From: Paraspadella gotoi
Lineage: Eukaryota; Animalia; Chaetognatha
Length of the DNA: 64,000 bases
Direction of reading: 5' to 3'
Assembly (NCBI GenBank): GCA_051294375.1
Contig: JBJCIZ010000275.1
Coordinates: 1-64,000 of the forward strand
Shown: positions 53,189 to 64,000 of the stretch, one piece after another
Numbering within the stretch: position 1 is the first letter of the stretch
How the letters are laid out: every line of letters starts with the position of its first letter
Notes under the pieces: generated by a model
What the model saw: only the letters and a program-made list of their open reading frames with translations
What the model was told of the DNA's origin: nothing
The model's database searches: none
Translations under genes and position numbers: made by a program

Positions 53189-56100
53189 GTCGTCCACTGT
53201 GTGTTTGTAAAGTATGATGTGAAAATAATATATTGAAAAAGTTTAACAAAAAAATAAGACGATCGTCTTTAGAATCCACCAAAAATCCGAAAAACTTTCC
53301 AAAAATTTGAAAATATACAGGAGGAAGACCGATGACCAAGGGCTTAGAAGTTCCGGCTGCTGAGTAGACTGATATCGGGATTTTGCTCTTCATTTAGTTG
53401 TCCATGTTGTCGTTTTGTATTTTTTGTCTCTCCAGAATTTTCTTGAGGACAACCGAGTAGATGGGTCGGATGTTCGGGCCGCTGCTTTATCTTCTTTTTT
53501 GTGATTCTTCTCTTGCTCCATTTTCTTTGGACTCGTCCCGCGTGAAGGCTGGGGAGAAGATGATGCTGGAAGAAAAAAACATAATGGAGGGGAGGGTGGG
53601 TCTGGGGGAAGGTGGGGTTGCTTGCGAGTAAGTGGGGAAGCTGGGGGGGAGGAGGAGGAGGAGAAGAGGAGGAGAAGGAGGAGGAGCGACTCGTCGATTA
53701 TTGGAGCGAGTGACTCGATCCGTTTGGGCCGCTGTCCTAGTTCTCAGGCCGGGTTGGCGACCTTCTGGGCGTCGTTGGGGATGTGCCTAGTCGACCTCCA
53801 TCGCCTCGTTACTCACCCACGCTGGTTTTATTCATGAAATATTTATTATTTTGCGTCTGACGCTCGTGATTTCCACTGATGTTTAACTCATTTTGATTTA
53901 TCACTTTATATGGGCATTCATATGGTGGAACTAGAGGGGGATTCACTCCTGAGCGTTTGATGAAGACGTATTTTGCTGACTCAAGGTTTCTGGGTAAGTG
54001 AATGGCCGGTTGATGATGAGTGGAGGTCTGAGTTGGCTGGAGATGGGTGACTACGATTCTAAGTTTCGTGAGTTGTCGTCAACATTGGATCACATCATTG
54101 TCTAGTTGCTCGTTGACAAGTATGCAACCGAGGATGCTCATGCCTTCCCCAAAAACGAAGTCGGCCGCGGAAGCGCCGATGTCTTTCTTCACCGTCGTTA
54201 TTATCGCCAATAATGTCATTGGCAACTTTCAGAACCAATTCTTTCTATTTTCGTTGGCGAGGGCCTTGAGAGATTCTTTGAGTCGCCAGTGGAACCTCTC
54301 TACCAGGCCATTGGCCTAGGGATGGTGAACAGTCGTCATTTGGTGTTTGATTCCTCATTGTCTAATTAACTGTTTCCAGAGTTGAGTACCTCGATCCGTT
54401 GTGGTGATGATACTGATGACGATAGAGACGAGGATGATGTCGAAGTTGTTGACGGCGATGTTGACAGCGTCATTGATGCTATTATTGTTGTTGGCGGCGT
54501 TGACGTTGTTGGCGATGCGTTGGTTGTTGATTCTGGAATTGCATCTGTAGTGATGACGGCCATCTTTTTGACGTCGTCGGGGTTTACGGGAATTTATTGG
54601 TAACCTTTTAATAAATCGATTTTTGAAAAAATCGTTTTTCCTTCTAGTTGCAAAATAAAATTTGAAAGGAGTTTTACAGGACATTTCTCATCTATGGTAT
54701 TGGTGTTTAGACGCCTATAATCAACAACAACACCATCCTCTGTCGAGTTTTGATACAACGTGGAGAGGTGATGACCACTCGGATTTTCCACGCTTAGCAA
54801 TCCCCAATGAAACCATTTTTAGTCGGATCTGCTTATCAGCAGATCCCGACTCTATAACTCACTTTTATAAACTCACTTTTCGGTCCGTCGGTCCGCCCCC
54901 TCAATATCGTCGGGCACACACTTATATCATGTCAGAACATCGAATTATGATAAATTATGCAAAAAAAAATGATGTCCGTCCGTCCGTCTGTCCGTCCGTC
55001 CGTCCGTCCGTCCGTCCGTCCGTCCGTCCGTCCGTCCGTCCGTCCGTCCCCACCTTACAAAAAACACCAATTACTCGTGATTGGATGGATGGATTAAATG
55101 AAATTTTGTGTGTGGATAGGTAAGTGTGTGATTAGAGCTGGATATTAAGTTTCGATGAATCGTTCCGAGTGGAAATGAGTTTAAATGGAAAAACAAAAAA
55201 ATATATTCACTATTTGAACACCAATTGCTCATGAGTGGATGGGCTGATTGACCTGGAATTTTGTATGTGGGTAGGAAAGTGTGTGATTGAACAGGAAATC
55301 AAGTTTCGATGGATAGTTTGAGTGGAAATGAGTTTAAATGGAAAAAAAAAAAAAACCTGTTTTACTATTGATTATGCTTCTTTTTCCTTTTATATTAAAT
55401 GTATCTGCAGGATGTATTAATAAATCAAATAATTAATCAGTTAATTAATCAATTAGTAAATAAATTAATCAATAATTAATTAATTAGTCAATCAATCCGT
55501 CCATCCGTCCCATCTTAGCCAAAAAGCTCCAATAACTCGTGATTGGCTGTGTGGATGGAATTAATTTTGTGTGTGGGTAGGAAGTGTGTGATAAAGCTGG
55601 AATAAAATTTCGATGGAATCGTGTGAGTGGAAATTAGTTTAATGGAAAAAACATAAGTCGAATTACTAAAATCTTTTTACTTATTTTAACAATAAATATT
55701 CCAATTAATCATAATTGGATGGATAGATTGAGTTGAAATTTTGTGTGTGGGGTAGGAAAACGTATGACGAAGCTTGATATAAAGTTTCAGTGGAAACGTA
55801 CCAGTGGAAATGAGTTTAAATGAAAAAAATATAGGTCACATTTACTTGAATCTTTTATTTATTTTAACCCATGATAGATTTGAGATGAAATTTTGGTGAG
55901 CCGGTAGGAAAGTGAGTGAAGAAGCTAGTATAAAGTTTTGACGGAATGCAAGTTGAAAAAATTATGCAAGTTGAAAAAATGATGCAAGTTAAAAAAATTT
56001 AAAAGCATAAGGATCGTCGCTATTGCATAAAAGAGAGAGAGAGAGAGAGAAAGAGAGAGTGAGAGAGAGAGAGAGAGAGTGAGAGAGAAAGAGAGAGAGT

Positions 56101-57009
56101 GAGAGAGAGAAGAGACAGGAGACATAAAATAAAAAAATCTTAAAAAGACTCAGATCGAGCCAGAGCCACTATCATAGAAAAATTAATGAAAAAACCCGGG
56201 AAAAAAACGAATGAATCATGCGATAACGAATTGTTGATGTACTAGTAATTGATTGAGGTAATACTAATGATTGATGTATATAGTAATTATTGATAATAGG
56301 AATTGATTATTGATTCGATGATAATCAATTATTGATGCGATGATAGTCATTCACTGCTGTGATGATAGTCATTCAGTGATGCGATATTGTCATTCATTGA
56401 TTCGATGATTGTCATTCATTGATGCGATGGATAGTCAATAAACAAACAAATGCGTGTATGAGTGAAAGAGAGAGAGAGACGAGAGAGAGAGAGAAAGAGA
56501 GAGAGAGAAGAAAGAGAGAGAGAGAGAAAGAGAGAGAGACGAGAGAGAGATAGAAAGAAAGAGAATAAATCCACGAAAAATCTCGGATGAAAATATGGAA
56601 TTTTGTATTGAAAAAAAGCGCGGAATAAATGGCAATAATAAAAAGTTTTTAGAAGGAAAAAAATAATCAGAATTTTTCAAAAAACAAACGATCACGCAAA
56701 AGATCGGACAGATAGGACAGACACACACAGAGAGACAGAGAGACAGAGAGAGAGAGAGAAAAGAGAGAGAGACAGCCGCTGCAGAGAAAAAGAGAAAGAG
56801 AAGGCGATATATAATAATTAAAAGAGAGAGAGAGAGAGAAGCTCTACAGCCCCTTTACTCGTTAAAGAATCAGCAGTACTTATGGCGCCGCACGCTAGCG
56901 TGAGCTATTCTCTACCCAAAGGACCGGTTCGCGCCCTGTTCGCGGCATCGTTTTTTACATTAGATGAAACCCACATTATATTTAAAAATTTTTTAAAAAA
57001 AAGAGAGAG

Positions 57010-57040
<31 letters not shown>

Positions 57041-59697
57041 CTGGACAGACGCTGCAGAGCGAACTCGTTTTAGAAGAAAGCAGTGACGGAGAAAAAGAGA
57101 GAGAGAGAGAGACGACATATAATTAAAATTTTTGTTTTGAAATAAAACATAACAAATACCAATATTGATATGAAACATGAGAATTTTAAAGATCTTGATG
57201 ATTAGAAGCCATATATGAAATTCAACTCCCTATGATATCACACTTTCAGAAGCCATGATTGCAAAAAGCGAGACCGAAAGCGATAAACCGAAAAAAATCT
57301 AGACAGGACGGGCTTTGCCCGCTGGCTGATAATAGAGGATATTTGTTTGTTTTGATAAAATGTAAACAAAACATTTAATAACTGTCCTGACTCAATTTTA
57401 AGGAATCGATGATGACAAGCTGAATATAAATTATAATTAATCTATTAATTAATTAATTAGTTAATTAATCTATTAATTAATTAATTAATCTATTAATTAA
57501 TTAATTAATTAATCAATTAATTAATTAATTATCGTAGGCAGATCCGACATTGTTTGCTCAAAACTTGTTTCTAGTTCACGTTTAGCGATAGCAAGCTTTT
57601 CTGCGTCGAGTCGGCGTGCTCTTGACTGACAGGGTCGACCTTCTGTCGGAATTGAAATGAGTTACACCATGTTTTGGTTACTTTTAGTTCGAACGTTGAC
57701 GTCGAGAGGGATGAAAATTATTTAAGGAGTTTATAGAATTTTTCTCATTTTGATCTACAAATTACATGAGTTGATTCCTCTGATGCCGTCGACGCAGCGA
57801 TTGTGGAGTAGTCGTGCAAATCGGAGTAGTAAATCATCACAGTGATTTGGCACAAAAAGTTTTCAGCTAAAAAGTCAATGCCAAGGATGTGTTGCCTTAC
57901 CATCAGCCACAACGAACTCGTAATGAAATTTTTGATTCCCTAACTTTACAGTTGATTTCCCATTACATGCGATTGGCGAGGCGTGGCGCCTGGAGCTTGA
58001 TCTCCGGGCAGGGCCCTGTTGATGCTGTTGTTGAGTCGGCAGGACGATTGAGAGTAGGGATCCTCCATCTACTAGCCATTTGTTGATCGCTGGCGTCGTG
58101 GATGAAGAGCAAATCGTTTTGTCGCTGGTGATCGGTTTGATGCTTGGGGGACCGGCGTTCACCATTGGCGTCCCCCTCTGTCATTTCCCTTGTGCTTGCG
58201 TTGAGTCTTATCAAACTTAGCACCAGCCCGGCTCGCAAAACCAGCTTTTGCCGAACTTGATTTGCTTGTGGCATAGCGTTTTAAGCTTTGGCTTTGGTTT
58301 AGCTTTTTGTCCTTGACTTGACTTCTTCTTTCCCTTAAAACTTCTTTTGGTTTGACATTGACGGCGTTGATGCCAACTTGTCATCCGATTCGGATTTGTG
58401 TCACCTTTGTGACCCTGTTTGACGTGGTTTACGAGAGATGACGTTTGTCGAATTATAGGATTTCCCTCGTTGTCGAAATGTCGATCAGTGATTTCACCAA
58501 GCTTGCTCGCCGACAACTTGTCGGCTTTGTCTTTCAGGTAGAGCGTATTTCAGCCCGGCAGCTCCTGAAGAACCTTCTTTTTGCACACTCATCGAGAGTT
58601 GTCGAGTAATTTTGACGGTTTCAATTCATCGAGTCTGTTGGTGCCGGGTGAGCCCATACTCTTTTGTCAGATAACTGAAAAAGAGTTCCATGTCGCTTCT
58701 GTTGTTTCTCCATAGAGGAACTGATTAATCTTAGGATCAAGCTTCACGCTTATTTTAGATTCTAAGTGGCGAATTTTGTTTTTGGAGCGACGATGCCGGC
58801 ATGAGTAAGCAGCTCGATTCGTTTATCCAGATTTCAATGTTTGACAAATGGATATTTGGCAAGTCTGTCTTCTGGTTTGGTGCTCGCTCTAGAGCCCGCG
58901 TGGCGGCGGCGAGAGCGTCGCGGAGCTCGTCGTTCTTGTCCTGGAGTTCTTGTTAAGTGCCACCGCCCGTAGCCTGACGACGTCTGCAAAGTTCTCGCTG
59001 TTAGCTCGTAGAAAACTGAACGATGGGGCGGTGTCGGCGACTCCTAGGACCTGCAGAGCTGCTGTTGTGTAATGTTGTTCCTCCTAGCTACGCTGGGCCG
59101 AGCGAAGGCATGAGCGTAGGTCGGAATCGCTCATTGAAGCAATTGTTGTCCTTAGTTGGCCTTCACTGGTGTTTTAAGACCCCACAGTAGCTCGAAAGTG
59201 TTTGAGTTGTGTTTATCTCCCCTTGAATGTTGGTTTGGTTCAACGTCGTGGTTCACCACGTGTGGCGCAGTCCAGAGTTGCGTGACAGCGGTGACGAAAA
59301 GCCGTGATAATGTCGTGACTGAGTTCCAAGCGCGTGACAGATTATAACAAGTTAATAAGAAGTATCGCAGCACAAAAGAATATTGTTTCTTTTTGAGTTG
59401 ATTTGTTTTCAATTGAGAAGAATTATTGAAGATCAAATTAAAACCTTTTTTCTAGTAAATATTGTAGAGTTTTACATTTTTAGAATAAAACATTGTTGAA
59501 AAATATTGATAATATTTATATTTATTTCGAGATAAAAACAAGACTGATTCATCAAGGTTTACAATCAATACTGAAAAACAATCAGAAGAGGAGAAATTTG
59601 TTTTTGGCAGCCAGACATCTTCTGTTGAACAGTTAAAACAAAAAGCTTCAAATCTTGAATTAAAGCTTAAATACTTTTCCCTGATCCAGTGTCCGCA
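53189..59697 (-). mobile_element. CsRn1-clade Gypsy element, internally deleted and interrupted by a HINE
   Basis: 5' LTR 59697-59261, PBS TGGTGAACCACGACGT (tRNA-Trp-like), gag, protease WLVDGGSLLSIV, RT SEWSSPLHVV...DYRRLN...FSKIDLLKGYQ, integrase ANGLVERFHWRLKESL; RT core and RNase H missing. Confidence 0.9.
54816..57570 (+). mobile_element. Complete HINE/DINE-1-like non-autonomous Helentron inserted in the Gypsy RT
   Basis: T-run at both ends with no TSD; 5' GTCGGATCTGC..GCAGATCC(C)GAC palindrome; (CGTC)n 54974-55047; 3' subterminal GCAGATCCGAC; flanks rejoin as KRELEKMVSLG. Confidence 0.85.
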
Positions 59698-59883
59698 AAT
59701 TTCACCAAAATCAACTAATTCACTTTAACATGATGGTATCATATTAGAATAACTAAATAAATGTAAAGAAACATTTTGAGAGACCTTCGGACACTTTGCC
59801 AGAATTTAACGCCATTTGTGAAACCGGAACATATCTCAAATACGTTTATATGTCATGAAGGGAAAAAATCCCTCTCATTTCTA

Positions 59884-60505
59884 TGTTGCATCTCTAGCTA
59901 CTGAACTCTGACTGAGCTGTCAAGATGAATAAAAGGTTTGAATAAATTTCATTTCTATTTACAACATTTAAGCAATTTTGTGTGTGGAGAGGAACTGAAC
60001 TCCTTATCTCTTGCTTTCCCTTTTTATATCTTTCAAGGACCCCCTTGAAGATATGCGCAACCGGATCTTTGGATTTCACTGGGATTGTGAAATCCAAGCC
60101 GCCTTTTCTCAGGTGGGTGGGAAAACCACAAACATCTTCCCTGAATTCTATTTTTTAACTTTTATCCCCCCACGATTTCTTTCGACCATTTAGTTATCAA
60201 GGATCAAAGATCGTGATGCTGTAGTCGGGCATTGCCTAGGTTCACCCCGCCTATAAGCATGACACCTTCAGTCCTGACCCGGTGGCTCATGGAGTCAAGC
60301 CATCAGCTCATGACCACTAGGTACCGGGTTCAATCGACCCGCGTACCTACCTGTGGAAGCGTGAGGACGGCCGTAAGCCGCCTTGGGGGCGTGGCAACCC
60401 TCAAGCCTGGTTCCAAGCCCAGGACACGTTCCTATGGCTACTAAGGGGTTATAGAAGTTCGGATAGTCATCTTCAGCCCACTTAGCGCCTTATCCACAAT
60501 GTACA
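59884..60505. mobile_element. 622-bp solo-LTR-like insertion
   Basis: TGT...ACA termini, 4-bp TSD TCTA (59880-59883, 60506-60509), empty site near 39850. Confidence 0.8.
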
Positions 60506-61252
60506 TCTATATAAAATCAAGATGAAAATTTGTTTGTACAGAAGCAGTCTATTTGTTCTGGCTTGTTTGATATCAGATGTGATGATTTGACAAGAGAAAA
60601 AAAAATGCGAGCCCTTCAGATGCAACAGGATCGGAATCAAGTGTTTTAACACATCTGATGAAGACTGCAACCAACTTACAGCCTGACATATCAAGCATCA
60701 TCTTTGCAATGTGTTTCCCTGAATAGCCATTATCCCTAATCCCCTATCAGCATTTTAACAATATTAATACCAATCACCCTTCTCTTGTCCTATATCACCC
60801 TTTAATTAGATACCTCATAGGAGAGCTAATTTTAATTCATTTTTTTATATATTTTATGCCAGTCCCGTAGGATGATGTCAATATTCACTTGCAAAAACGT
60901 TTTAAAATTCTACAATGTTCCGAGATTGTCATAAACGTCAGCCTTAAAGGTAAAATTTAAATCAGAATAAAATTTTGAGTTTCTCTAAAGATTTTCTGAC
61001 GCGCTAATACTAAACCTATTTGAAAAAAATAGAAAAACATTTTGCTGATTTTCTTCAAGCATTTAACAATAAATGAGTTATGCGATGGTACACTGAAAGT
61101 GATGTCTCAGATGACGAAAAAAATTTCTTCAGTTTTATAATTAAAATTTAAGTATTTGTACAATAAAATATAAGTAAGATACTCCCGCTTAGCCGAAACT
61201 TTAATTAACAAAAATTTGTACGCGTAGTTCAAATCTTTAGTCTTTGATGGTA

Positions 61253-61846
61253 AAAACAAGTGAGCAAACATGTCGGATCTGCCTACAACAATTAAGCGTA
61301 TCTGCTAATCAGATGATAATCAAATATTTTTTTAAATTTTTTTAACTCGCAGCACTTTTTAACTGCATCATTTTTCAACTCGCATAATTTTTTCCATGCA
61401 CATAATTTTTTCAACTCATCATTTTTCAATTACATCATTTTAAACAATTCGCATCATTTTTTTTAACTTGCATCATTTTTCAACTTGCTATGATTTTTTC
61501 AACTTGCATTATTTCTTCAACTTGCATTATTTCTCAACTTGGCATAATTTTTTCAACTTGCATAATTTTTTCACTTGCATAATTTTTCACTTGCATAATT
61601 TTTTCAACTTGCATTAATTTTTTCAACTTGCATATTTTTTCAACTTGCATAATTTTTCAACTTGCATACTTTTCACTTGCATATTTTTTCAACTTGCATA
61701 ATTTTTTAAACTTGCATAATTTTTTCAACTTGCACAATTTTTTTAAATTGTATCATTTTTTCAAATTAATTAATTAAAACATTTATTAGGTATCATAAAT
61801 AAAAAAATATTCAAGTAAATGTGACTTATGACATATCTTGGAAACT
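61253..61846 (-). mobile_element. HINE-like element 3' end with 18-bp tandem array (61360-61765)
   Basis: Reverse complement of GTAGGCAGATCCGACATGTTTGCTCA; (TTTTTCAACTTGCATAAT)n. Confidence 0.8.
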
Positions 61847-61871
61847 NNNNNNNNNNNNNNNNNNNNNNNNN

Positions 61872-64000
61872 TAGAAAGAGAAAGAGCGATATATAATAAT
61901 TAAAAAGAGAGAGAGAGAGAAAGCTCTACAGCCCCTTTACTCGTTAAAGAATCAGCAGTACTTATGGCGCCGCACGTAGCGTGAGCTATTCTCTACCCAA
62001 AGGACCGGTGTTCGCGCCCTGTTCGCGGCATCGTTTTTTACATTAGTGAACCCACATTATATCTAAAAATTTTTTGTAAAAAAAAAGAGAGAGGAGAGAG
62101 AGAGAGAGAGAGAGAGAGAAAGAAGCTGGACAGACGCTGCAGAGCCGGAACTCGTTTTTAGAAGAAGCAGTGACGAGAAAAAGAGAGAGAGAGAGAGACG
62201 ACATATAATTAAACGTTTTTGTTTTGAAATAAAACTAAACAAATACCAATATTGATATATGAAACATGAGAATTTTAAAGATCTTGATGATTAGAAGCCA
62301 TATATGAAATTCAACTCCCTATGATATCACACTTTCAGAAGCCATGATTGCAAAAAGCGAGACCGAAAGCGATAAACCGAAAAAAATCTAGACAGGACGG
62401 GCTTTGCCGCCTGGCTGATAATAGAGGATATTTGTTTGTTTTGATAAAATGTAAACAAAACATTTAATAACTGTCCTGACTCAATTTTAAGGAAATCGAT
62501 GATGACAAGCTGAATATAAATTATAATTAATCTATTAATTAATTAATTAGTTAATTAATCTATTAATTAATTAATTAATCTATTAATTAATTAATTAATT
62601 AATAATTAATAATTAATTATCGTAGGCAGATCCGACATTGTTTGCTCAAACTTGTTTCTAGTTCACGTTTAGCGATAGCAAGCTTTTCTGCGTCGAGTCG
62701 GCGTGCTCTTGACTGACAGGGTCGACCTTCTGTCGGAATTGAATGAGTTACACCATGTTTTGGTTCTTTTAGTTCGAACGTTGACGTCGAGAGGGATGAA
62801 AATTATTTAAGGAGTTTATAGAATTTTTCTCCATTTTGATCTACAAAATTAACATGAGTTGATTCCTCTGATGCCGTCGACGCAGCGATTGTGGAGTAGT
62901 CGTGCAAATCGAGTAGTAAATCATCACAGTGATTTGGCACCAAAAAGTTTTCAGCTAAAAAGTCAATGCCAAGGATGTGTTGCCTACCATCAGCCACAAC
63001 GAACTCGTAATGAAATTTTTGATTCCCTAACTTTACAGTTGATTTTCCCATTACATGCGATTGGCGAGGCGTTGGCCGCCTGGAGCTTGATCTCCGGGTC
63101 AGGGCCCTGTTGATGCTGTTGTTGAGTCGGCAGGACGATTGAGAGTAGGGATCCTCCATCTACTAGCCATTTGGTTTGATCGCTGGCGTCGTGGATGAAG
63201 AGCAAATCGTTTTGTCGCTGGTGATCGGTTTGATGCTTGGGGGACGGCGTTCACCATTGGCGTCCCCCTCTGTCATTTCCCTTGTGCTTGCGTTGAGTCT
63301 TATCAAACTTAGCACAGCCCGGCTCGCAAAACCAAGCGTCTTTGCCGAACTTGATTTGCTTGTGGCATAGCGTTTTAAGCTTTGGCTTTGGTTTAGCTTT
63401 TTGTCCTTGACTTGACTTCTTCTTTCCCTTAAAACTTCTTTTTGGTTTGACATTGACGGCGTTGATGCCAACTTTGTCATCCGATTCGGATTTGTGTCAC
63501 CCTTTGTGACCCTGTTTGACGTGGTTTACGAGAGATGACGTTTGTCGAATTATAGGATTTCCCTCGTTGTCGAAATGTCGATCAGTGATTTCACCAAGCT
63601 TGCTCGCCGACAACTTGTCGGCTTTGTCTTCAGGTTAGAGCGTATTTCAGCCAGCAGCTCCTGAAGAACCTTCTTTTTGCACACGTCATCGAGAGTTGTG
63701 CGAGTAAATTGTTACGGTTCTCAATTCATCGAGTCTGTTGGGTGCCGGGTGAGCCCATTACTCTTTTGTCAGATAACTGAAAAAGGGTTCCATGTCGTTC
63801 TGTTGTTTCTCCATAGAGGAACTGATTAATCTTAGGATCAAGCTTCACGCTTATTTTAGGATTCTAAAGTGTGCGAATTTTGTTTTTGGAGCGACGATGC
63901 CGGCATGAGTATAAGCAGCTCGATTCGATTTATCCAGATTTCACTGTTTGACAAATGGATATTTCTGGCAAGTCTGGTCTTCTGGTTTGGTGCTCGCTCT
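61872..64000 (-). repeat. Near-identical duplicate of ~56785-58890 (HINE end plus Gypsy gag-protease)
   Basis: Differs almost only by 1-nt indels; starts at a 25-N gap. Confidence 0.9.

Noticed and set aside
57307-57337. Hairpin CGGGC-TTT-GCCCG as a Helitron 3' end
   Set aside because: No CTAG at the expected distance and no matching 5' TC end identified
61872-64000. Independent tandem Gypsy copy
   Set aside because: Same HINE junction, almost only 1-nt indel differences and a 25-N gap at its start point to assembly redundancy
1-64000. pPolB, major or minor capsid genes and host protein-coding genes
   Set aside because: No recognisable motifs found by eye; they may lie outside the window or be hidden by sequence errors

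Overview
Eukaryotic (probably invertebrate animal) repeat-dense DNA with no recognisable host gene. The assembly is a gap-filled draft: five gaps of exactly 25 N, indel-rich stretches that look like uncorrected long reads, and near-identical duplications next to gaps, so most ORFs are frameshifted and many coordinates are approximate. Main content: (1) a Maverick/Polinton-like endogenous DNA virus on the minus strand (packaging ATPase split by a GT-AG intron, two conserved accessory ORFs, rve integrase, terminal repeat), seen in two assembly copies, with its integrase cut by a solo LTR that itself carries a hAT-like insertion; (2) a ~4-5 kb segment ending in the same terminal repeat and encoding an unknown, apparently spliced protein, present three times; (3) CsRn1-clade Gypsy elements, a gag-only BEL/Pao element, HINE/DINE-1-like Helentron elements and a GC-rich MITE; (4) a TRIM whose LTRs contain a tRNA-like cloverleaf, plus two other LTR families with tRNA-like motifs; (5) a diverged inverted duplication (~47-52.6 kb vs ~58.1-61.8 kb). 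All family assignments come from motif recognition by eye; no searches were run.
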